From NCBI RefSeq assembly GCF_001194135.2, contig NC_068995.1:17095525-17159312 (forward strand): 63,788 bases of DNA, written 5' to 3'. This DNA comes from Octopus bimaculoides (lineage: Eukaryota). Both the position numbers and the translations under genes were made by a program. A model generated the notes under the pieces. It was not told the origin of the DNA and made no database searches. It was given only the letters and a program-made list of their open reading frames with translations. Below are positions 25,265 through 38,827 of the stretch, in pieces (within the stretch, counting starts at the first letter, position 1; each line of letters begins with the position of its first letter).

Positions 25265-25478
25265 AAGTCGGCGGCGGGCATGCAGAGTCGTTAACGCGAA
25301 ATGCGCAGTTGCATTTGGCTGTCGTAACGTTCTGTGTTCAAATTCCGTGAAGCTTGACTTTTCATTTTATCCTTTCAGGGTCGATAAAGTAAGTGCCAGC
25401 TGAGCATTGGGGTTGACGTTATCGACTTACTCCTTTCCACGGGATTGCTGGACTTGTGCTAAACTTTAAAACCATTAT
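25265..25478 (+). mobile_element. SINE family B
   Basis: gtcggcggcgggcatgcagagtcgttaac...gttcaaattcc...cctttcagggtcgataaagtaagtgccag. Confidence 0.75.
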
Positions 25479-25889
25479 TATTTTAGAAAGATGAAGCTAG
25501 TTTCTAAAAAATATGGAAATGTTGTATTAATGGATTTCAAATAACAACTTCGATAATTTGACAGGAATTTAAGAAAGTCTTGCATTTTTACGTTTCCACT
25601 GACTGACAGCATCTGTAAATTTTATTTTAGCTGGTCTTTTTCTTTTCTAGAAAATCTTAGCTTCTCCAGAATGTCGTCAATTAGGCATTTACTAACATCA
25701 CTGAATGAGTCAATGATTATTGGTATGTATCAGGGTGCAAGGGACGCAAGTTTCGGAGTAGCAGTCTGTTTATATACTCATTTTCCTTGTATTTGGAGGA
25801 GAAGTTCACATATGTCAACCTTTATCCGTACTAAATAACTATGGCATTTCTGTTATATGACTTCAGCCATGCTGGAGCACTGCATTGAG

Positions 25890-25992
25890 AGGTGAAGTTG
25901 ATCGCGGCAAAATTTGAAATCAGAACGTAAAATCGGCGAAATACCGTTGAGCATTTTATCCGGTCTGCTGACGATTCTGCCAACTCATCGCA
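25890..25992 (-). mobile_element. SINE family B, 5' fragment
   Basis: aaatttgaaatcagaacgtaaaatcggcgaaataccgttgagcatttt...gattctgccaactc. Confidence 0.65.
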
Positions 25993-26048
25993 TTATATGT
26001 ATTTATTTATTTATTTATGTGTTTCAGCCAAGTGGCTGCGGTCATGCT

Positions 26049-26205
26049 GTGTTCCTTTCAGTTGAAGAGCGTGTTCCTTTCAGTTGAAGAGCGTAGTCCG
26101 AAACGTTAAAGACTTTCTCTATTCCTGAGCGTTAAACTAATACATCCATTTATTGTTTACACCACCTGTCTTCGTCTGCTGTTGTTTTTTTCGTAAATTC
26201 TCCCA
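26049..26205 (+). mobile_element. Dispersed repeat family D, starting with a 22-bp tandem duplication
   Basis: gtgttcctttcagttgaagagc occurs twice (26049-26092), followed by gtagtccgaaacgttaaagac...gtaaattctccc. Reverse complement of the copies at 2087 and 10573. Confidence 0.8.
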
Positions 26206-28090
26206 CACACACACATACACACACATATATATATTTATATATATAATAATGTATCTCTCTCGCTTTCTATTTATATACGTGTGTATATTTTCGTAATTTA
26301 TTTATTTATTTATTTTATTAACTTTATTTAATTACATGATCATTTGCCCTTAAAGATATAACATTATTTTATTATTCATATTGCTCATATTTTTCAAATA
26401 AGTTTATTTTATTTTATTTCATATTTATTTTTACTTTCTTGAATTAATACCTTCGTAAATACACAATGTATATGAAATAGGTTGAACATCTTTAGGTGTA
26501 GATTTGAATTCCTTGAAGAAAGATGTAACCTTCGATATTATTAAAACAAAAATCCTGAGGAGATTCTACCCATTACAGCTTAAATACTTAACGTAAGATT
26601 TAACCTAAATGCTTTCAATTATGCATTACCGAGGGCCCAGAATCGAAACATATGTACGTCTTTTGAATCTTCCATTACGCTTTAAAAAATCTTTTGTGTT
26701 ATCTTAAAAACAAACTATGATACAAATAAATTAACTATACATCCAAAACTCTCCATTTTCTTACATTGTAAATTTTACCTATTATAGTAAATCATAACGC
26801 AGCGTGTAAATTTTCTTCTAATATAATGGAGATTAAACCAATCAAATTTTGGACTTATTAAACCCTAATGAGGTAAGATATACTTGAATTGACTATATAT
26901 ATATATATAATCAAGATAAGCAAGAGTATATGAAGATGTAATGCAGGATGACCGTTTTAATCGGATCCATTTAATTGAACAATGCAACCATTACATCAAT
27001 TTAAATGCCGGGCTATTCTCAAGCGCATAAATAAATAGAATTTTAAAATCAGTTGGACACATTAACATAATTTTACTCAAATTCTCTAACCGAGCAAGAA
27101 GAGGTTTATTAGCGTCTTGCCCCTTTAACTGGTAATTAACATCTTGATTTAGGGTCTTCCCCTGCCAGCCTCTTTTATAGACAGTTACTTATACATTCTC
27201 TAAAATCCTAACAATATTTATGGTCATACCCAATTATAAACTATCATCTCTGTGTATCCATTTTAAACAGACACTGTCCTCTAACCTTAGATTTGGTAGA
27301 TCATAAAAAAAGACTAATATATTAAAACTGAACCACAATCATTTACAAGCTATGATCATAACAAACTTCATGCAGTTCTTAGAAATGTAGTGTATTCTGA
27401 GTCACTTCAGTAGCAACATGGACTTTCTCAATCTTCTTGCTCTATTAGAGAATTTCAGCAAAATTATATTAATGTGTGATTGCATTGTTGAATTAAATGG
27501 AGTCGCGTGAAACGGTCGAGCAGCATCACTACTTGATATCCTGTTGCTTATTTTGATTTTATTCACTTTACTTTCAGTTGTACGGAAAATACTGCACTGA
27601 CTTGGTGCTTCAACCTAAGTACCTAATTCAACTGATTCTCAATTATTTCTCATGCACACACAGACACAGACAGACACACACACTTAGATATATAGATATA
27701 TTTGATCGCTTGTAGAAATACACATGCACATACACACACACATTTCCGAAAGAAGTATTTCAAAAATGGTTTTGAGGTATATGTAATGCTGACGGTTACC
27801 GTGTTAACCCTTAAATCGGTTCTGAATGCCGGCCAGCCACAGTGAGCGTTGGTGAATCTCAAGTTATTTAAAGTTTACTATACTCACTTAATCCTCACTT
27901 CGTAAATACGAATGTCGGTATAGGGACTTCATAGTTTCTGTAGAGAAAATAATAAAATTAATGAAGATCAGAAGAACGGATATTTGCAGATCCAAGTAAT
28001 ATGCAGCTATTACCATTGTTGTAAATAACTGTATGACAAAACTTGGATGTGCAAATCTCCGTCTCCGATCTTCATAAATTTCATTATGTG

Positions 28091-28177
<87 letters not shown>

Positions 28178-29047
28178 TTATAATAATATTAGGGATAAAA
28201 ATTCAAATTTACAGGTAAAAACTCAATTAAATGCAATTTATTAAAAATTTAAATTAAATTAAGTTTCACAGTATCTTATGATATTTACTTTGTATTATAT
28301 TATACTTATTTATCGCGAATTTACTTCTTAATTTTTCTATATGTGACTGTGGATTTTCATAGATATGTTCATGAACTTTGGTTCTTTTCTCTAAAACTAT
28401 ATATATATATATATATATATATGCATTCATATGCAAACAAGCATATTATAAGTATTTAGATTAACCAACGCGCTTGTACTCAGTATCATGCTTAAAATAA
28501 CTTTATTTCTTAAAATATAATGGACACATATTCCTGCTTTATATAAAATAAATGCTTCAGGAAAGTCTAACAATTGCTCTGATGGATGCTATTCTAATGA
28601 AGGATTTCACTGATTGTCAATGTCGAATCCCATTTCAACTTCTTTTGTCTCTTTTTTATTTGTTCCTCTCTCTCTGAGTGTCTGTCTCTGTCTCCCGCTC
28701 TCTCTTTTACTCCTTCTGCTCTCTTGTTGGGTGTCTTTCTCTTGGGTCTCTCCACTTTCATACCTTCAACACAACCGTTATAGCACTTTGTGTTCTAATA
28801 CAGAAGATTCAGCTTCTGACCTGCTAATGAATCGAGATCTTCAAACGTTTGACATTTAGCCTCATTCTTGTATTTTTATATTTTTCCCCTATATTTCTTT
28901 TTTTTTTTAATTATTATTATATCTTCAAATTGTCCAAAATAGAGGAGACATTTTTAAGATTCTAATTAAATTTTGTCTCCGTATCATATATTTATTATAT
29001 TGCTGTCAGTGTTGCTCTTAACGTAATTGTTGTTGTGTGTGTGTATG

Positions 29048-29082
<35 letters not shown>

Positions 29083-29556
29083 TGAGTGTAGTGTTACTTT
29101 TTTTTCTTAATGATGTTACTTTTCATAATTAGGATTTCTATTTATTAAATGGACTCATGGGGGTTTCGTATTAGTTGGCTTTTCCTTTTTTTGTTTTAAT
29201 GAATTATTGCTATTTAATATTATTGATATATGTATAGTATAAGTTCCACTCTAAATAGTTCAATTAATTAAATATTGTTTTATTGACCCCGGTGGGAAGT
29301 ATCTTTAAGCGGTTTACTTAAGAAGAAGACGAAAAAACTCATTTATCGCTTTAATTAGCAAAATGACACTTAAGTCGTGAATTAATCTCCTGGTGATTAA
29401 CGAAATTTGAATAATGCTTTCATGATTAGAGGATGCAATTTTTTTCTCTGACACGATGCAATGATTTATCAGTTTCTTGGCGACTGCTATTGAACGTCAG
29501 ATTAAAAACTAATTGCAGAGTTAGCAAGCCGGTTTCACTTCAGGGCCTAGGGTTTT

Positions 29557-29590
<34 letters not shown>

Positions 29591-29595
<5 letters not shown>

Positions 29596-29677
29596 ATGTA
29601 TATTTACATATACTTATATATATATAAATATATATATCAATATACATACACTACACACGCACACACACATGTGTATG

Positions 29678-29718
<41 letters not shown>

Positions 29719-29812
29719 ATGTATATTTACATATACTTATATATATATAAATATATATATCAATATACATACACTACACACGCACACACACATGTGTATG
29801 GATGTATATATA
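29591..29812. repeat. Tandem duplication with ~123-bp period, bounded by (TA)n
   Basis: tttgtatgtatatttacatatac...gtgtatggatg starts at both 29591 and 29714 and the copies are essentially identical. Possibly an assembly artefact. Confidence 0.85.
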
Positions 29813-30296
29813 TATATATCTCAAATACATACGTATATATCTGTCTGTCTATCTATCTGTCTGCCTCTGTATTTATATATAAAACATTTATATAAGAGAC
29901 CGATTACGTCGTTAAGCACATAAATATGACCCTCACCCTTATTATCCAAGCATCCAAGAAAAATACTGCCGCCCGCCGCCAACACTTGGCACATGTCATG
30001 TTAAAAGTATGCAAACTATTCCCTCCGATCTATAATGTCTCAAATGAATAGCTCAATGCATAAATTTTTCAAACAAGTAAATAGCATTAACCACAAAAAT
30101 TATCAAGCTACAGAGAATATAGACACAGATACAATGCAACAATAACATTAAGTATTAAAATTATTAAAAAGTCACAATTATACGCAAGTTATGTTCTATG
30201 AGTCACATGTATATAAACTACGGAACGGAGAGGAACGCATAATTAAAACCCTGAAACGAGTACAAAATGCCAAACTCCAATTTCAGGAAATCTCTA

Positions 30297-30475
30297 ATAT
30301 TAGTTTCAAACTGTGGCAAAAACAGCAAGTTCAGGGGAGGGGCTAAGTCAATTCTATCGTCGCCAGTGCTAAACTGGTTCTTATTTTATCTACCTCGAAA
30401 GGGGGTGACAGACAAAGTCTTACTGCGGAGGAACTTGAACTTAAAGCATTATGACAGATGAAATGCCGCTAAGCC
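30297..30475 (-). mobile_element. SINE family B (diverged)
   Basis: tagtttcaaactgtggc...ttattttatctacctcgaaaggggg...gatgaaatgccgctaagc. Confidence 0.6.
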
Positions 30476-32865
30476 AGACTAACTCTAATACTATTCTAGA
30501 CAATCCCAAAATTGAAATATCTTCTAATGAACCGCAATTCATAAAGATCTAAGTAAATCTGAGAAGAAGCTACAAAGGATCATTTTGATTCATACATTTG
30601 ATTATAAAAGGGAAAGTTGAGAACTTCATTGTTTCTGGTGTTACACTGGCCATACTCCTGCATATGATTCTTCGAAGACGCCAAGGTTGTCCTAACTTTA
30701 TATGTTCGAGGCTCTTGATCACGTGTCTGATTTGTCACGATTGATCTGGAGCTAACAATGGACGGCATACAATAGGCGAAACAGTTGACCATACTGTAAA
30801 TACGTATTTGTCTACACATCATTTAAATCGTATATCCTCTAAAGACACGAAATGGTAAAATTGTTAAGAATCCGTTTCAGAACCACGAAGCCGCGTGGTT
30901 AGATCCCACTACGTAGCAGCTTGAGCAAATATCTTTTACCCCAGCCTTATGTTGACTCCAGCCTTGTAAAACTATTTGAAAATTTTCCGAGTGAAAAATG
31001 CAATTTAAAGGCTCACACTTTGCGTCACCTTGTTTCAACTTCAGGGCTGCCTGAAAGCATTTCCGCGTCGATCAGAAAAAGTCATAATGAAAGTTGTATA
31101 GTTCGTGGATGTTTATCATTACAGTAAGCAAGCAACGTCGTGTTACTCGTTTTGGATTGATGCATAAGAGATGAAAGGAGTACTTTGCCCGAATATTGCA
31201 TTACCCCCTCCCACTTATGCCATATCAATCAAGCGTCTATCGCTAGATGCACAGTCTTAATATTAAATAAAAGCTAGCTGTTAAAATGGCCAAGAGAAAA
31301 GTTGATTCTAAAAACAGCCTTTCAAAGCCGCGTGGAGGCTCGATATATGTTTACCGATATTGGCGGTAAACCTGTGTCTAATTTGTGGAGATAAAATGGC
31401 TGTGATCAAGGAATATAATCTAAGACGGTACTACGAGACCAATCATGAAGAAAATCGAAAAACTCGAATGCAGAACAGAAGCTACGGAAGGTAGTAGAAT
31501 TGAAGAGGAATGTACCATTACAACGGACATTTTTCACCAAAGCAAAATCACAAAGTGAAGCTGCTGAGAAAGTAAACTTTATTGTGGTAGTGGAGATCAC
31601 CAAATCAGCCCGACCATTTACTGAGGGAAAGTCTCTGAAGAATTGCATGATGAATGTGTGTGACGGCTTGTGTCCAGACAAAAAGCAGATGTTTGCAAAT
31701 GTAGGCCTTAACAGAAACACAATTACTGATCGAGTTTGTGAGATGGCCACTGATGTGAAAACACAGCTGATCTAAAAAGCAAAGACTTAGTTGCATACTC
31801 TCTTCCTGTCGATGAAAGCAATCATATGACTGACACTGCACAGCTCGCCTTCTTCATCCATGGATTGGATTCCAGTTTAAACGTTACAGAAGAAATACTG
31901 CACATGAAGTCCTTGCATGGGACAACGTATGTCGAAGTGCAACTGACATGAAACTGCCTTGGAGCAAACTTGTTGAACTTACAACAACGGTGTTGTGCGG
32001 GGATAAAACTGGTCTAGTAAGAAGGATGCGGTTAAGGTGCAGGAGAACTGTACTATGAGTTGATAGTATATTATGCCATCATACACCAAAGATCGCTGTG
32101 TGGTAAAGTCCTCAACATAGAACATGTAATGAGCGCTTTAACACAAACCATCAACTTTATTAGGGTCAAAGGTTAAAATCACCGCCACTTTCGGTCATTT
32201 TTACAGGAAATAGTTTCAGAGTTCGGCGACATTCCTTATGAAACAGTGGTGTGGTGGCTAAATCGTGGAAAAGTTCTCAGCAGAGTTTTCCTACAGATCG
32301 AGGAAATCTATCATTTCATGGACAACAAAAGAAAAGACTACATAACTACTCATTCAACGTCTTGAACCTGCAGCTCCAGAGACGGGACCACTTGATCACT
32401 GATATGCATGATGCAGTGAAGAAATTTCAAGTGAAGCTACGCTTATGGGAGACACAAATGTACCCATGCAACCTGTCTCACTTTCCTTGTCGCAAAGCAA
32501 TATTGAAACAAGTCAGCGCCATGGTGTTCCCAAATGCACAGTTTGCTGAAAAACTGAGCTCACTGCAGGCTTAGTTCGCACGGCGTTTTAGTGACTTTGA
32601 AGTACAAAAAATAATTTCGAGCGATTTTACAACCCATTTGCCATCGACGTGGAAATCGCACCTGTATAGTTGCAGAAGGAGCTCATAGATCTGAAGTGTA
32701 ATGAGGCACTAAAGGTAAAGTACGACTCTGTGAAGTCTGCACAGTCCACACGTTTCAGTCCTAAAGCGATTCCCCAGCTTCGCCTACATACGGCTCGAAC
32801 CTTGAACGAGTTTGGTAGCACATATCTGTGTGAGCAGCTGTTCTCTTTCATGAAGATTAACAAGA

Positions 32866-32992
32866 CAAGATGAAGATTATTTACATTATTTACATTTGAC
32901 GGATATTTGTCATCATCTTGTTTGTTTTTAACACAACGTTTCGGCTGATATACCCTCCTGGGTTCGCATTCCTAAGGTGTTTTTCGATGTTG

Positions 32993-33055
<63 letters not shown>

Positions 33056-33169
33056 GCATTGAAGTCACTACCTGGAATCGAAGTCGGAATCTTGTGGTTA
33101 GTAACCCGCGCTCTTAGCCCCAAGATTCCGAGTTCGATTTCAGGCTGTAACCTGAATAATAATAATGAT

Positions 33170-33209
<40 letters not shown>

Positions 33210-33403
33210 TCGAAATATACCTTAGGAATGAGAACCCAGGTTCGAAATTTCCCCAAGACACCTGATGAAGGCTGGATGGTATATCAGCCGAAACGTTGTG
33301 TTAACAACAAATAAGATGAGGACAAATATATGTAAAATGTAAATGATGTAAATAATGTAGATAATTTGCATAATTCCTCATCTCTTAGATATAGAAGTGT
33401 AAG
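32866..33403. mobile_element. Head-to-head pair of a tRNA-headed, HHR-bearing SINE-like element (family H), with a 16-bp target duplication
   Basis: atgaagattaacaaga at 32850-32865 and 33404-33419. The left arm (~32874-33116) is the reverse complement of the right arm (~33117-33360). The centre contains a B-box-like gagttcgatttc, followed by (aat)n/(aac)n. Confidence 0.85.
33257..33302 (+). ncRNA. Minimal type I hammerhead ribozyme motif, predicted cleavage after GUU (U33297)
   Basis: gacac CTGATGA a ggctg[gatggtatat]cagcc GAAA c g t t gtgtt. Stem I gacac/gtgtt is 5 bp including a G-U pair; stem II is 5 bp; stem III is loop-less on the palindrome aacgtt. Confidence 0.7.
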
Positions 33404-34973
33404 ATGAAGATTAACAAGAATTCACAAAGGAGACGTCTCACTGATGAACACCTGCAGTCCATCCTAAGAATCTCCATAACACAGTAGCTTATTCCAAACA
33501 TAAACGAACTTGTTGCCAAGAAAAGATAGAAAAAACATCCAGCTCAGACAAACTGGCATAACAGGGTTGAATCCAATACTCGTGATGTTCTGGTTTAGAT
33601 TTAATTCATTTTATATATTTTGTCTATGAAATGTTCCTTTGAAACTAGAACAGAAAAGTTCTGTAACATTAGATAATAAAACAAGTGATGTAACTTAGAT
33701 GATGAACTAACTAAGTGACGAGTTAATAATTACATATATCTAAGGTTTCACTAGTACAATTAAGCAATAGATTACTCAATAAAATAGGTATAACATTGGA
33801 TTATATCAGACTAATGTTAATCGCTCAACGTAGCATCTAGTGATCGTGGAATTTCTAGAAATATCTTTGCTATGTCCCGAGAGCAAATATATCTGGAGAA
33901 ATCCTAAATTCAGCAAATTAAAATTGCTTTAAATTTTCAAATTGGTAGCAAAATAACGTGGCACCTCTTCTGCAGCTGAAATCGAGGTATTTGAACCAAC
34001 TACATCATCACGATGTTCGTATTTTCAGTTGCTGAAGTGCAGTGTCATTTGACAGAGTCTTCATCAAATTTGTAAATAGAAGAAATTAAATACTTGAGAA
34101 ACAAGAATGATTTATATAGTCATACACAGCTGCCTGAGATTAGCCCTAAATGATGAGTAATATATTTCGAATTTACTTCAGTTAAATAAAACCAACAACA
34201 ATAACAAAAGAATAAATGAATAAATATGATCCCAACAGCAAAACCCATCGACTGAAGAGGCTGTTTTACCAGCAGAGTTCGTGTAAAGTAATTTCCTCTA
34301 ACTACATAGCCGACGCAAGAGAGAAAAATAATATATATATATATATATATCAAACCCCTGATATACAGAGCAACCCCATGTTTTTTCGTATTCCTCTTTA
34401 CCTATAATTCCTATCAGTTGTTGGTATCTTATCTTTTTCAGCAGCCGACTAACACACTTTCGACAGTACACGAACACTTCTAAGAAAAGACTGGGGTGAA
34501 AGCATTAAACTTCTATCAACAGTTCAATCAATGAACGGAAACATATTTCACATCATTTGCAAATTTACAGACGTCGTAATTTGTATACAGTGCGATCACA
34601 TAATTTATAACACATACACTCAAGAACACACACACACACACACACGCACACACAAACACACGCACATACATACTTACACATACACACATCTGTATGCATG
34701 CATATGAAAATATGTATATATAAATGCACTGCATATATTCATACAAGTATATATATATACATATATATGTATATATATATATATGTTTCTGTGTGAGTAT
34801 GAACTCACATGCATACACATTACACACACGCACATACAAACATATATATATATATATATATATATATTTGTGTGTGGGTATGGACTCACATGCATACACA
34901 TTACACACACGCACACACAAGCAGATATATATATATATAGAGAGAGAGAGAGAGGGACCGAGAGGGAGGGAGG

Positions 34974-35042
<69 letters not shown>

Positions 35043-35819
35043 GTCGCATGTGTATATCTTAAGCAGGGTTACTATTGGAAGTAAAGAATCAATAAACAAC
35101 TGACCTTCTCTGTCTTTTTTATTACTGTATCCTTCTTCCTTTCACAAATGCAACCTCACACACTCATACACACACACACACACACTCGAACACACTCACA
35201 CACCACACACACATACATATACAAACATTCACATTCACATCCACACATATACTCCCACGAATTCACGCACTCAATTGATAGTTTCCCTTCCTCTCTGCAG
35301 TCAACAGATGTCACAAAGCTGTTATATTCTAAACTTTTAATGTTTTTCACCCTATTTTGTAATTGAACATAAATTGACTTTGCTGAAATCCTCGTTTCCT
35401 ACCAAGATGACCCCATTAAAAACATTCACCCAAATCCAACCCCAAGACCCCTAAATAGATGTATTTATATACCACACACATTTTTTGCAAAATAGATTAC
35501 ATTTTATCGTCTAACTTCCCTTTTATTTTAAATCTTCCGCCGTCACTGGTTGTTGGTCACTCTACGCTCAACCTTTTAATTCACATAACATCCTCTCTTT
35601 CCTCCCTCTCTATTGTGAGTCTCCAAATGTACCTGTATGCGGTCAAATGATATGCTAAAAATAACTACAGATTTCCTTTAAATCGCTAGTTACCGTTTTA
35701 AAACTATAAACGTTATATGGCATAATATTTCCTCACATATACTAAGACCTGAAGTGTATAGATGAAACGGCTTTACCAGGGTGTGGTTCAATCGAGACTG
35801 ACCTGGGGTTGAACAACAA

Positions 35820-36290
35820 ATTTCTTTATATCGCGTCTTCCTTCTATCTCCATGTCTCGCTGTTCTCATTTTTTCCTCTCTGTCTTGTCTCTTTTCTTGT
35901 ATATTTTCTTCCTCCTCTCATTCTATCTTTTTCTTTCCGTGTGTCCTTTCCTTTCTTTGTTTATATTTTCATTGCTTCCTTCTTTTCTCTTGGTATATCC
36001 AGTTCTTCCTTCCCTTATATTTCTTTCATTCTTCTTTCCTTTTCCTTTTTCTTTGACTCTTTCTTTGTTAAATTATTCATTTCTTCCTTTCATTTTCCTT
36101 TCTTTCAATCTCTCATACTTCTACTCTATCTCTTTATCTTCTTTCATCATATTTCTTTTTTTTCTTTCATCATATTATTTCTCGTTTCTCTTTCCCCAAC
36201 ATACGTATTTCTTTCTTATTTGCATCTTCCCTTCTTGCTCTCTCTCTCTTCTTCTTTCTCCTTTGTTTCCTTTTTCTCTCTGTTTTCGTT
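35820..36290. repeat. Polypyrimidine (CT-rich) low-complexity tract
   Basis: Strongly C/T-biased plus strand. Confidence 0.85.
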
Positions 36291-36648
36291 ATTATATTAT
36301 CTATTCAGGCATCTCTATTGCAATCCGAAAATTCGACTCGTTTTCTCAATAATAGTGATGGTGATACTGCTTTTATAGACCAATAAAAAGAACCACAAAT
36401 GTGATTCTTATTCGAAATGACTGCCAACTCCCTCTGGTAGTAATAGAAGAACTGTCTATGTGTCAACGAGTGCAAACTTCATCCTGTTGTATTTGAACAA
36501 TACGTATATTACAATTATTGTGTGTATAATAACCACCAGTATAATGTTGCCAAGCATGCGCATCAAGAGGCATATATGTATGTGTGTATGTATATATATA
36601 TGTATATATGATACATATGTATTTATATAAATATATATACACACACAT

Positions 36649-36690
<42 letters not shown>

Positions 36691-37605
36691 NNNNNNNNNN
36701 TATATCCACATATACATATATGCACACATACATACATACATACATACATACATGCATACATACATACATACATACAAACGTACATACATACGCGCATACA
36801 TTCACGAATGCAGGAGCAGGTCAGCCAGTAAAACTGTCTTGCTAGAAATAGTAGCTAAATTTTCGGTAATTCATATTTTAAATAATGACGAACACATTAG
36901 ATAGTATCTGCTGATAAAGAGCCTATGGGCACCAGCATGATTGAGTGATTAAGTAGTTTAACTTCACAATTATGAGGTTCTGGGGCTCAAAGCATCTTTC
37001 GAATCTTGCACAATGAAAGCCTTGGAAAGTGTAACTAGATCGAGATATACTGTGTAGAAGCCGTAGAACTGGCTGTTGTTGTAAATCAATGAGCCATATT
37101 TGTCAGACACGATGTCACAGGGAGATTCTTTCTGAAAGTCAGTGATCCCCAGATGCTTTTCATAATTACACGTTCATTTAACGAATACTTTGCTTAATTT
37201 ATCGAACAACCTGAGTACTTCTCTTCTAAGCGTGTACAACGCCATATGACTTATATAACTATATGTTTGAATAAAAGAAGGGATAAATGCAATGGATAGA
37301 TGCAAGAAGAGGAACCAATTACATTATTATCGTTGTCGTAGTCCTTAGCAGCAACATCATCATCTTCATTATCGTTAATACTACCACCACACTACCGGTA
37401 CCAGCACGTCCTTCTTTCACTACAACCGATGCCTTCGTAAAATCGACTCAAGTAATTTAAAAAATAAATTCTGTTTATTATCGTCCTTTGACAAGCCGCT
37501 ATTTTACGAGAATGTCTTCAAACCAAAACCAAGTGCTAAACGATAGTAGGGAACAGACACAAACACAAAGACACGTGCAGATATAAATAGAGACACACAT
37601 AAATA

Positions 37606-37667
<62 letters not shown>

Positions 37668-38703
37668 CACACACGCACACACGCACACACACACACACAC
37701 AAACACACACATAGACACACAAATTTATATATGAGGTCATATTTATCTCCTGCTAAATAAAATGTTGAGTTAGAACACAGAACACTGCGTTTGTAACCAT
37801 ACGATCACCTCTCGTATGGACATGTGCACTCGTATTTATGTTGCTGACGGTGATTCTCTATTTCAACAAAATATTCACTTCTAGTGGGAGATAAATTCCT
37901 TATCGTTTGCGTAAAAATCCTGCTTATATATACAATATATATATATATATGTCAAATATTCTATAATTATCTTCATAATTATAATCAGGGGTCAGCTATG
38001 TACCTTGCCACGTACTAAATTTGAAATAGACGCTAATGTCTTTTCAACTACCATAAATATCTCCGAGGTAATAACATATTATTTTATATAGGCAAAAAGA
38101 AAAATGATGAGTCCACACAATTTCGGTTAATCACAGACGCATTTCGAAATTAAAGTAAATTATATTTACCTATTATTCTCCTCAGTGTGATACTGCGAGT
38201 TATAAATTTGTGAGTGTTAGGATTAAATATGAAGGCGATCAAGCGTCATCGCAAAACTAATATTCAACTATACTCCCCAAAATATACAGCTGACTGTGAT
38301 ATATATTTATCATTTATACCCACGTGTGTGTTACGACCTATGCCGCAGTAAAAAACTGCAGTTTAGATCATGGAGTAAATTGTAATTTTAATAATAATAT
38401 AGGGTAAAATCAATTAATTATTTAATATTTTACCAAGTAGTCAGTATGTATGTATGTAGGCATCTATGTATGCATGCACACATACATACACATATATATA
38501 CATGTATATATATATATATATATNNNNNNNNNNNNNNNNNNNNNNNNNNNNNNNNNNNNNNNNNNNNNNNNNNNNNNNNNNNNNNNNNNNNNNNNNNNNN
38601 NNNNNNNNNNNNNNNNNNNNNNNNNNNNNNNNNNNNNNNNNNNNNNNNNNNNNNNNNNNNNNNNNNNNNNNNNNNNNNNNNNNNNNNNNNNNNNNNNNNN
38701 NNN

Positions 38704-38744
<41 letters not shown>

Positions 38745-38827
38745 CATTTAAATATGCTTACACACATATACCTATATCTATATAGATATTCATACATACA
38801 CACGCACACTCACACACACATATAATC

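Larger units (their letters stand above)
31286..33560 (+). pseudogene. Decayed hAT transposase of the SPIN/Charlie (GTF2IRD2/EPM2AIP1-like) group, interrupted at 32866-33403
   Basis: MAKRKVDS..W..RYMFTD..GKPV.LICG....VIKEYNLRRYYET (BED-type N-terminus); FTKAKSQSEAA; VGLNRNTITDRVCEMATD; VDESNHMTDTAQLAFFI; LNLQLQ..HLITDMHDAVKKFQVKLRLWETQM; FGSTYLCEQLFSFMKINK, resuming after the insertion as NSQRRRLTDEHLQSILRIS. TIRs were not located. Confidence 0.9.

Noticed and set aside
27150-27420. Possible CR1/L2 3' coding relic on the minus strand (SKVRGQCL resembling RTRGHSL)
   Set aside because: Only a few residues match, which is too weak without an HMM search.
30620-30822. 80-aa minus-strand ORF or possible Tc1/mariner C-terminal relic (RRIICRSMASVTPETM)
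   Set aside because: No diagnostic SPDLNP motif and no splice support; left unassigned.
33441-33452. ctgatgaac as another hammerhead core
   Set aside because: It is hAT coding sequence (TDEH) with no stem II or GAAA.
35809-36378. 189-aa hydrophobic ORF resembling a membrane protein
   Set aside because: It is a translation of a CT-rich low-complexity tract; the same holds for 11067-11579 and 40714-41272.
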